A stretch of DNA of 64,000 nt, from NCBI RefSeq assembly GCF_009914755.1, contig NC_060931.1; one strand, given 5' to 3'. Under the pieces are notes generated by a model. That model ran no database searches, was not told the origin of the DNA, and saw only the letters and a program-made list of their open reading frames with translations. Positions 1 to 10,616 of this stretch are shown here, piece after piece; within the stretch, counting starts at the first letter, position 1; each line of letters begins with the position of its first letter. A program made the translations under genes and the position numbers. Origin of the DNA: the human T2T-CHM13v2.0 reference genome, Homo sapiens.

Positions 1-168
1 TATATCAATCCACTAATTCAATTAAACCAATAAACTTAAAGCAGAAAAAAAGACATATTATAAAAGAGTGAAAATTGGACTGACAACTGACTTCTAAAAA
101 GAGGCAAAAAAAAAAACCTGTTCTGCACAAGACTTCTATTACACATATACAAAGAACACCCTGGATTC

Positions 169-670
169 TGTGATAGTTAATTTTATGTGTCAGCTTGATT
201 GAACTAAAGGATGCCTAGATAGCTAGTAAGATATTATTTCTGTGTGTGTTTGTGAAGGTGTTTCCAGAAGAGATTAGCATTTGAATCCGTAGATTCAAAC
301 GAGTAAAGAAGTTCTGCCATCACCAATAGGGGCAGACATCGTCTAGTCTGTTGAAGTTCCAAATAGAACAAAAAGGCAGCAAAGGGCAATTCATTCTCTC
401 CTCTCGAGCTGGGACATCCATCTTCTCCTGCCTTCAAACAATGGAGCTCCTGGTTCTCAAGCCTTTGAACTCTTGGACTTACACCAACAACCTCCCACAC
501 ACACACCTGGTTCTTGGACCTTTGGCCTCAAACTGGGAGAGTTACATCATCAGCTTCCCTGGTTCTCAGGCCTTCAAACTTAGATTGGATTACACCATCA
601 GCTTTCCTAGTTCTCCAGCTCACAGACAGCATATTATGGGGCTCTCAGCCTCCATAATCATGCAGACCAA

Positions 671-706
<36 letters not shown>

Positions 707-752
707 GCACACACAATGGGTTCTCTATTTTTGGAGAACCCTCACGAATACA
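169..752 (+). mobile_element. MLT2-family ERVL solo LTR containing a (CA)n tract at ~673-715
   Basis: Begins TGTGATAGTTAATTTTATGTGTCAGCTTGA and ends GGAGAACCCTCACGAATACA, matching MLT2 termini as I recall them. Confidence 0.75.
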
Positions 753-2500
753 GCTGCCATTAGGAAGAAGGTCAGGATCACTGAGAAAGCCCAGTGCCCA
801 AAGCCCAGGCACATAGGGCATGCCTAAGACTGAAGCTATGTAAGAACAACAAAGAACACTTCTCTGCCCTTGCCATATATCTAAAAAAATACTGGGTGAT
901 TAACAAGCAATCCAGTCTACTATAGGGAAGTGTCAAAGCCTGGAACCACCCTCTATGAAGTGGAGTTATGCAGAGATAACTGAAATCTGAGGGTGAATGG
1001 AACAGGAACACCAGGTAAAGCCCTGTGGCATTTCAGTCCCCACCTAAGCACAAGGCAACACTAAACAAATTAAAAACCTAAGATGCACTGAAGGTAACCA
1101 TAGCAACAACCCCAACCCAGTTCAACTCTTAATTAGATTGACTCAACTGAACACTAACAGCCTGACAGAAGAAGAGGCATAACCATTCTAGGTATAAATA
1201 CTATTTATCCCAATCTACTTTCCTACTGTGCATATTTACAATTTAATGAAGTTATAATGTATTCAGAAAAGCAAAAGTATAATAATCCATAATAAAAGGA
1301 CAAAACAATCCACAGAACCAGACTCAGAAATAATCCAGAAGTGGGACAGGGACTTTAAAATAATTATGATTACTATGCTAAAGGACGAAGTGAAAAATGT
1401 AGACAACATGTAATAAAATTTTAGGCATTTCAACAGAGAAATGGAAACTATAAGAGTCAAATGTAAATGTTAGAAATTAAAAACATTCTATGAGAAATGA
1501 AGTATTCCTTAAGGGTTACATCAGTAGACTTGACACAGTTGAGGAAGGAATCAGTGAAATTGAAAATAAGTTAATAGAAATTGTTCAAACTGAGCAAAAG
1601 GAGAAAAACAAATGAGGGGAAAACAATATCTAGGAGTTATGAAATTATATCAAGCAGTTTAACATACCTGTCAAAAAGGGAGAATGGACAGAAGAAATAT
1701 TTGAAAAGGAAATGGTTAAGACTTTTCTAAAAGTATTGAAGGACACCAAACTACAGATCCAAGAAACAGAGAGCTCCAAGCAGGGTAAACACATAACAAA
1801 GCAAAACAGAAAATCTAGACATTTTATACTTAAACTGTTGAGAACCAATGATAAAGAGGAAGTCTTAAATATAACTAGGGGGAAAGGACATTATATTAGA
1901 AGAATAAATATTAGAATTGCAGCTGATTTTTTGTCATAAACTACAATTCAGAACACAATTGAATAGCATCTTTATAATACTGAAATACAAAAAACTACCC
2001 AGAATATTATAGCCAGTAAAAATCTTTCTAATATGATGGTGAAATAAAGAATCTAACTAACAAAAGCTGGAACAATTAATTATCAACTTATCTTCACTAT
2101 AAGAAATGTTAAAAGAAGTTTTTCAGGCAGAAGGAATGAATATGACACCAGATAGAAATTTGAATCTACACAAAGAAATGAAAAGCCCTAGAAATGGAAA
2201 AAATAAATACAAATATAAAAGAAATTTCTTTTACATTTTATAGCTCTAACAAAAATAGTAATAGTGTATTAGGGAAGTTATAAAATATGTAAAAGTTTAC
2301 AACAATAATATAAAAATGGGAAGGATGAATTGCAAATACACTATTGTAACTTTCTTAAAATATATGTGAAGTAGCCTGAAATTTTTATAGGTAGATTGTG
2401 ATAAATGATCTAAAATCCATTTAGATTGGTTAAAACCACAAGAAAACCATAAGATTCAACCATAGGCTATCTACTAAAAAATTCACTTTAAATATAATGA
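753..2500 (+). mobile_element. Old L1M fragment (5' region/ORF1 remnant)
   Basis: A-rich; ORF1-like remnant peptide at 1712-1939 (RHFILKLLRTNDKEEVL...IRIAADFLS). Confidence 0.65.
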
Positions 2501-3521
2501 CTGAATTGGTTATCTATTGCTGCATAACAAATTACCACAAATGTGACAACTTACAACAACACACAATTATTATGTCACAGTTTCTGTGGATCAAGAGTTG
2601 ATATTTTTGGAATGTTTGGCCCCTCATTTCTCATGTTGAAATGTAATCTCTAATGTTAGAGGCAGGACCTGGTGGGAAGTGTTTGGGTCATGGGAGTGGA
2701 TCCTTCATAGAAGGATTGGTGCTGTCCTCACTGCAGTGAGTGAGACCTGGTTATTTGGAAGTGTGTAGCACCTCCCCCACACTTTGCTGTTACTCTCATC
2801 GTGTGACATGCAGGCTCCCCTTTGTCTTCCACAATGATTGGAAGCCTCCTGAGGCCCTCACCAGAAGAAGATGCCAGCACTGTGAGGCCCTCACCAGAAG
2901 AAGATGCCAGCACTGTGCTTCCTGCACAGCCTGCAAACTGTGAGCCAAAATAAATGTATTTTCTTTATAAATTACTCAGTCTCAGTATTTCTCTATAGCA
3001 ATGCAAAAACAGCCTAGCACAGGAATCCAGACATGGCTTAGATGGATCCTCGACTCAGGGTTTTGTGAAGCTGAAATCGAAGTCTTACCCATGCTGCCAT
3101 TTGGAGCTCAGGGTCCTTTTCCAACTTCATTCGGGTTGTTGGCAGAATTCAGTTGTTTGTGGTTGAAAGACTGTTGTTGTGGGTAGATCCTAGAGGCTGC
3201 CCCTCTCCATATATTCACAGGCAGTTTAAAGCATGAATGTTTTCTTTCTTAAAAGCTGGAAGTATCTCTTGCTCTTAAGGCTTCTTTTAATTAGGTGAGA
3301 CCTACCCAGAATAATCTCCCCTTTAACTAATGCAAAACTAGCTGATTAGAGACTTTAATTAAATTTGCAAAATCCCTTCACTTCTACCATGTAAACCAAT
3401 CATAGGAATGTCATTCATTCTATTCACAGGTCTTCCCACACTAAAGAAGAAGAGATTATCCAGGGCATGTATACTAGTTTATGGGAATCTTGGAGCCCAC
3501 CTTAGAATTCTGCCTATCACA
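2500..3521 (-). mobile_element. MLT1 MaLR LTR split by an MST insertion
   Basis: CTATTGCTGCATAACAAATTACCACAAA at the start and GAATTCTGCCTATCACA at the end; sequence resumes after 3020. Confidence 0.6.
2619..3020 (+). mobile_element. MST (MSTB-like) MaLR LTR
   Basis: CTCATGTTGAAATGTAATC...GGTGGGAAGTGTTTGGGTCATGGG...ATAAATTACTCAGTCTCAG...AGCAATGCAAAAACAGCCTA. Confidence 0.75.
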
Positions 3522-4760
3522 GTCATAGAGATGGCTTAAAAGAATGAGGAAATAAACATCATGAAAACACTCATCAAAAAAAAGCTGGAGAACCTACATT
3601 AATATAACATAGATCCGTAGTCCACAGAGCAAGGAATATTGTCAAGGATAAAGATGGACATTATATGATGATAAATGTGTTAATGTATCAGAAAAATATA
3701 AGAATCCTTAGAATATTTGCACCTAAAAACAGAGCTTCAAAATACATGAAGCAAAACTAAAGAAACCAAAAAGATACATAGACAAATCCAAAATTATACT
3801 TGGATACTTTAAACCTTCTTTCTCAGTAATCAATAAAACATGTAGACAGAAAACCGTAAGAATACGGAAGGTACAAGACTGGATACATTCCCTTAAGTTC
3901 AGGAAAAGGCCAGAATGTCCCTCATTGCCACTCCAATTTAATGTTTTGATAGAGATCCTGCCAGTGAAAGGAGGCAAAGAAAAGAAATTAAAAGCACACA
4001 GATTGGAAAGAACAGAATAAAAACTGTTTTTATTTGCAGATGACATAATTTTCTATGAAGAAAATCTCAATCAAGAAAAAATTCTAGAACTAATAAATTA
4101 ACAAGGTCAGAAAATACAAGGTCAACAAACAAAAATCAATTATGTTCTTGCATACTTGTAATGAATGACTGGAAACTGAAATTAAATCATCAATACCTTT
4201 TATAGTACCATTAAAATTATAAAATATTGGGATTAATCTAAGGTTTTTACACTGAAAACTACAAAACATTGATGAGGAAAATCAAACAAGACCTAAATAA
4301 CTGGAACAATATTATGCCATGTCCATGAATCAGAAGATTCAATATTATTCAGATATCAGTTATTTCCAAATGAATCTGTAGAGTCATGCAATCACAATCA
4401 AAATCTGGAAGGATTTTCTTATATATTTTTCAAGCTGATTCTAAAATTTATATTTAAAAACCAAAACCATTTTGAAAAAGAAAAAGAGAATTTCCACTTC
4501 CTGATCACAAGATTTATATATAGCTGCCATCATCATAACGGTGAGGTACTGGTGAAAATCAGACATAAAGATCAATGGAACAGAATACAGTTCAGAAATA
4601 GACATATATATATGATCAATTAATTTTTGAAAGGGTACCAAAGTAATTTAATAAAAAAGGATACTCCCTGCAAGATAAGTTGATGGAATGAAAAACTGGA
4701 CATATATTTGCAAAAAAAATCTTGATTTATATCTCACGCCATATACTAAAATTAACTAAT
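3522..4760 (+). mobile_element. Old L1M ORF2 fragments
   Basis: TTTGCAGATGACATA (RT FADD motif), GAAGATTCAATATT and AGATCAATGGAACAGAATA L1 ORF2 hallmarks. Confidence 0.75.
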
Positions 4761-5293
4761 GTGGTCTTCTGAAAACGGTTTCTCTAGACTGCAGTCTCCT
4801 TATCTGTAATATGGGGGAGGAAAGGACTAGTTTACATGATCCCCAAGATTCTTCTAGCTCTCACCTTCTGTGCCTGTGCCTTTTTCCTTTCCCTTCCACA
4901 CAACTCAGTTATTCACTGGGTTAAACTCAAATGGCAGACGTGTACATGCAAGTCTCCATGAGGCTTATGGCAGCACAGGCTGTAGTTTTCATAGAAAAGC
5001 CACAGGAGGTATGACTTCTAATGTTGTCACTGAACTGTTTCTAACACTTCTTGTGCAAATCAACTGCCTTCACACATTCAGCTTTGCCTCCACTTTTTAT
5101 CATTGCTCTTGCTGTGTTTTCCCTTCTCTGAAAAAGCAAATAGGCAGCCACTGTGGTCCTTGCTTAGGCTCCCAGGATACAGAAGCATCCCCAGGCCAGG
5201 AACCCCATGTCCTGGATCTGGGAAAACCTGGCCTTGACAGAGACGGTGGGGCAGCTTGGGAGCACTGCTTGGGGCAGAATCTGACAGAATCTC

Positions 5294-5338
5294 CTGATAG
5301 CTTCAGGAGAGGAGGTCTGATAGCTTCAGGAGAGGAGG
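5294..5338. repeat. 23-bp tandem duplication
   Basis: CTGATAGCTTCAGGAGAGGAGG occurs twice, separated by one T. Confidence 0.85.
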
Positions 5339-7383
5339 AACCAGAGATCTTGGGGTGGGATATGTTAAAAGACAATGTGCACCCCAAGAAGCCTGGGCCA
5401 GTCCTACAGATGTGCCTGTTGGTAACTCTGATACCCCATGATGTCAAATGTCAATAGTAATTTCAGACAGAAGGAAAGCAAGACCCAGACAGCAGGACTT
5501 TGTATATTATATTTTTTTCATCAAAAGTAGAGCTTCCCAACTTTTTCATGTCGATGTCCACATGGTAACATTTGTCACAACATAGTGTGTAAACAGAAGA
5601 GGCTGCTCTCAACCTCAGATGCAACTGATCTCAGGCCTCGAGCCACCTTGGGGTTTTGGGGGGCTCTTTGTCTCCCCTCTGAAGGGTGAGGGGGAAAATA
5701 TCTCAACAAACCTATAATTGATAGACAGCTCAAGGGCCGAGAATTTCCAATGTAATGACTCAAAAGGAAATCAGCCTGGTGAGGGTACACCTCAGCAAGC
5801 TCAGAAACATTATTCGTGACAGGAAGATATCAGCTTGTGGATCCCAAGATGCTCACCAGGAGACATTCAGTTGCAGGTGATAATGTCAGGGTAGAGGAGG
5901 GTCTCATTAGGCTTTCAGGAGGGTCCACCCCACTCCAGATGCAACAGGAGCTGTCCTCCATGGTGCCAGCCAGGAAATCTTCAGGGACCTTATCATCCCA
6001 TCTGGACCTCATCTAACTCATCTAATAAACAACTAGAGGAGAGCGTCAAGGCATGCATTCAGTCCTGCTGCTCCCTCTTGGCCTTTTGAGCTAACTAAAT
6101 GGGTGAAGGTTCTACTCTAAATGCAATGCTATGGAATTAGACAACTAGACATCAGCTACCCAGACAACTCCAGAGGTCATGACAACAAGCTCTTAAACCT
6201 GCTCTAGGCACTGTCCTGCCCTGACACCTACATACTCTCTGCTTCCTTTAAAATAACCGCTTCAAAGGGCCCCTTCTCCACCTCCAGTCAACCTTGATCA
6301 CATGTCCAAGTTCTACTCCACACCTCAGGGCTTTCTCCTTGGGGTTGGTCCGTTTTGACCTCTTTTCTTCCCAAAATCCTGCTTAATACATTGTCTAAAA
6401 CTGTGCTATCATGTATTTTTTACCATGACCCTCAGTTTTATACTGCTTCCCAGAGCTTACATACACTCATATTTTGTGTGACTAATTTTGATAGTTTCTA
6501 TTCTACTCTATTTCATGTTTTGATGCTCTACAATGGGGTGTATGAAATACACTTGTCCAAAACATTCATTTGGGACCCTTACTCATTGTCTTTCATTTGC
6601 ATAAGTCTTGTCTCTCTAATAAGATTTCAGATTCCTTACGAGGGTGGCTTTTTGTCTGCTTCCCATGGGTGCTGTCTGGACTTACCACCCATTAGGTCTG
6701 GTGTGGTGCAAAGGCTCAGGAGAATAGGGTAAATTTGCTTCAAAAGATGCAATATTTAGATACTTAGAGTGTACTTCATGGCATCGTTAATCCTTCCTCC
6801 ATGTTGTATGTCAACTGTGGGCTCAAATAGTGGCCCCTTTTATTGACCTGGATGTTTCTGAATCCTCAACTCTACCTCCTGGATTCACCCCTAGATGATC
6901 TCCGCCCCCACCGTGAAGCCTCTTCAGCAGCTGTGGTCTCTGTAGAGCACCCTGATCCAGGAGGCTCCTTTCCTCACCTCCAATTAGAGGCGCCCCTGAC
7001 CTGGACCCTCTCAGCCCTGAAAAGAGTAGCCATGACCTTGTCCAGACACAAAGGAAATAATAATGTTGATAATATAGAAATGCCTGCATTTTAATACTTT
7101 TTTTCAGCATCTTTTACCTGCTCTTTGATTTTCGTAAGAACACAATGTTCTAAAAAAAAGTTCCAAGAAAGAACTTTTTTTAGAGTGACTACCGACAAGG
7201 AAGAGAAATCACACTTCAGCATTTGGCTTCAGGGCCTCCCAACATTGACTTGGGGTTTCATTTCCACATTTCCCACTAGTCATGTTCATAGGAGACCTTC
7301 ATGGAATAGGGTGAGATGATGGATGAAGAGACAGAGGCCAGATGGTGAAAGACAGCAAGCATGACTAAGAGTTAGGAGACCTT

Positions 7384-7492
7384 GTGGTGACCAACAGGCT
7401 CACTTTGACTGGGACTAAGGGGTTTCCCAGGACGTGGGCCTTGTAGTACTAAATCCAGTCAAATTCAGGGCAAGTTGGCGGTTGGTCACCTA
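7384..7492. mobile_element. MER81-like hAT-Blackjack MITE
   Basis: GGTGACCAAC...GTTGGTCACC terminal inverted repeats, ~110 bp. Confidence 0.7.
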
Positions 7493-8855
7493 GGACCTCA
7501 GCCCAGTGGCTCAGGAGAAAGTGGTAAATGCCATGCCTCCTCTTTCCCTCATTCTCCCTTCCTCCTTCATCAGAAGGCAATAATTGTCTGTCTCCCATTT
7601 CAAACAGAAGGTCCAAGGCATGAACCCAGGGGTCCTTGAATCACTCCAAGTTGGTAGGGAAGGTGGCTGCCCAAAATGTCTCCGAGATGGAGCTTTGGCA
7701 TCTCCTCAGCTTAATAAAGCTGATTCTCAGGGCAGCCTACAGGTATCTACTCTGAGATGGCTACTGCACTCAGAACTCCAGAAACTTCATCACATAGCTA
7801 GAGCACATGAGTTGCAACTCAGCGTGCTCAGTTCTGTGCACCAGGGAGCATCACAGAGAGAAAGCAGGGATAGCAGAGGTGGCTGGGGATGGATAGAGAC
7901 ATGCTTTCAGTAATGATTCATCATATTTTGTACTATGTCAGGTTTGGTAGAGAACTGTCTCTGTCCAGGCTGAAAAGGGATTGAATTTGGTGTCAAACAG
8001 AAGGGTAGGGAAAATGGCCACTTCCTCGGTGTCCCAGGTTTCCTGGGGGTTTGTTTGTTTTGCAAATCTGAACAGAGGAATAGAGAGGGTGTGGAAAAAG
8101 GCACAAAGAGTCTAGTTTTGGAAATCCTTTCATATCTGGATATATACGAATTTCTACAACCCTACTTTCTGAAAGTAGCTACCTAAGATTATTCTTCTAG
8201 CACTAAATGTAACTACAAAAGGGGACATGAGGGAAGAGTTAGAGCATTTAAGTTGTATGTTTTACTGATTTACTCAGTAAGTATTTTTGAGCACTTTCTA
8301 GGGCTAAGTTCTAGCAAGATCCTGACCTAAAGACAGTCCCTGGCCTCTAAAAAGCCCACGATCTCACCCAGAAAACTGATAGAGACCAGTTAACACATTT
8401 CATCATTGACTCCCTGGGGTCTCTTTGAGCCATAAGAGGAGCCTGGGAACTGCTAGAGAAGAGATAAGACTTAGAGAACAGATCTCAAAGCAGAAAATCA
8501 GTCCTTAGCTGGGGTGCCAGAGCACCCAGTTCAGTGGATAAAAATAATGTTTGCAAATAGTTCAAACCAAAAGGAAAGAAGAGAAGGAGTTTGAAGATGT
8601 TGCCAGAATTAAGTGAATTTGCTACATTGATGGGAATGGTTAGCTTCGGTGCCCCTCACTGTTTATAAGATTTTGATGTGAACTCTGTTGGTCAAGTTTT
8701 TGAAAGATTCCAGCCAGGTGCTGGGGGAGTACCTGGTCCCTATCTAGCAAGGGTGAAATCCTGGTCAGATTACAGCCCACTTTCTGCCCTGCTCTGCTCA
8801 ATTCACATAAATTATGAGTGCTGACTAGGTTGAAAGTCCTTGAAGAATTTAAAAA

Positions 8856-9573
8856 TGTAAGGGCGAATAAAAATCAAAAATAAGGAGAAAACATTAATTC
8901 TCTTTTCTGGGGAAAAAACAAAGTGGAAAAGAATTACCCCTCCCTTCTTAGAGCATTTTCTTTAGAAACCTTGTAAGTGTGAAATCTTTCTCTACCCTTT
9001 GTAATGCAAATCTTTTTAAAAGCTGTTTGACAGCCCAGGGCTGTCTGTAGAGCATCTGGAAGCCATCCCTTTGAAATGCAAACATCAAGGAAGGTAGCGT
9101 CCCCACCTCCCAGTCTCTGTGTGAAAATAGGGGCCTAATTTAGGAGCCTAACTTAGGTAGGAGCCTGACATCTGCCAGCACCTTTCTGAGTTGCAAATCT
9201 TCCTCTTGCCATAGAGGATGTGAGAAGTTTACTTTTCCTCTGGAAAGACAATTAGCCAACACAGATGATTACTGAGTGAATTTAGGATGAACTATGCATG
9301 TCAAAGGGTGCTGTCAAGTCCTCTTACTTGAGGATTAGTTATGGTTTAACTTGAGAACACGTGTGTAATAGGTGGCACCTGCCTGGCTGTATAACCAGGT
9401 GGCATCCCTCTCCGTCTTTGCAATCTCTTCCTGGATTGTCTGGGATCCAGATCACATTCTGGTTCAATGGACATTCAATAATAAAATTGTTTTCTTTCTC
9501 TTCTGCCTCTGTGGAGAGGTTTTCTGGGCTAGCAGGAGATTGTTTAAAATTGTTTTCCCATCAAGTCTTAGAC
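8856..9573 (+). mobile_element. ERV1-type solo LTR (family uncertain)
   Basis: TG...CA ends, TATAA-like box near 9390, AATAAA at 9480, LTR-like composition. Confidence 0.5.
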
Positions 9574-9693
9574 AATTGTTACCATATGACTGTAAGCCCC
9601 ACTTCAAATGTCAACAGAAAAGGATATGGGGATTCTCTGGGCCATGACGGCCCTCCGCCTAAGTCCCACTGTGTTCTCCATCGCATAATTGCC

Positions 9694-9801
9694 TTATGTC
9701 CACTGCCCTAACCTTAAATGGCAATCAGGTTTATGTCCACTGCCCTAACCTTAAATGGCAATCAGGTTTATGTCCACTGCTCTAGCCTTAAATGGCAATC
9801 A
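9694..9801. repeat. 37-bp minisatellite, ~2.9 copies
   Basis: Unit TTATGTCCACTGCCCTAACCTTAAATGGCAATCAGGT at 9694, 9731 and 9768 (third copy partial, 2 mismatches). Confidence 0.9.
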
Positions 9802-10255
9802 ATTCAAAAATAGAGGTTCTATCACCCTGCTTTCAACCCTTACCAGATAAACTGACACGTAGACTCCACAATGTCCCCACAGGGTGGGCTCCATCACGTG
9901 CCAGACAGCTTACCAGGGTCAGTCACGAGCCCAGAGTCAAACCCTGCAAGGGCTTGTTCTGGTCCTCTTTGGACCAGAGTGCCTTTCTGATCCTGGTTAG
10001 CAGAAACTTTCCAGAAGCAGAGCCTGTGAGAAGGGGCCCAAGAGTGCTGGGAGGAGAAGGTGCCCCGGTGATGGGTGCTGAGGGCAGCAGCTGCTGCCCA
10101 GAACTTTCCAGTCACTAGGGACCTTTTCTGAACTTGGAAGTGGGAGAGTCTGTAATTCCCTTCATATCTCCTTCTTCCAAATACTGCTTGCTTGAAACAG
10201 TCAAAAAAAAAAAAAAAAGGAAATGGGATGGGGCACACTGTCCCAGGGCAGGCTC

Positions 10256-10616
10256 ATGACAGGAAGTGACCCGTTAAGGAAGCAGCACATCGCTGCATTC
10301 GGCTGGTTTTCAGGGTCTTGTTCCCAATCAGTTTCCAGCCAACACCAGGGTGTCCTAGTCCGCAGAGGTGTGGGGGACACACTCCATAATCTCTACTTTT
10401 CTTTTTGTGCAGCTGAGTCATGGAGCTTTCAGCCCCAGCACATGGCTCCTCCTTAACTGCGTCTGCTCAACCTCCCTCAGCCCTGTGAACAGCATCCCCG
10501 CACACAGACGCAGAGCAGGACTCTCTCTGCTGCCACTTCACCTTCCTGAGAGAGGACCAGCGGCCAGAGCCTCAGTGACTGCCACCCTGGAGGACAGGGC
10601 ACAACAACCGTTTCTG
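10256..10616 (+). other. GIMAP5: GIMAP5 exon 1 (5' UTR); 5' end approximate
   Basis: Strong donor TTTCTG|GTAAGG at 10616/10617; joins to GAGAGAATG of exon 2 as in the GIMAP5 mRNA I recall. Confidence 0.75.
10259..10268 (+). promoter_or_regulatory. ETS-binding motif at the presumed TATA-less GIMAP5 promoter
   Basis: ACAGGAAGTG, with a second GGAAG 16 nt downstream, just upstream of the exon-1 body. Confidence 0.55.

Noticed and set aside
4870-5457. 195-aa ORF
   Set aside because: Non-ATG start, no recognisable domain, partly overlaps a tandem duplication; consistent with chance.
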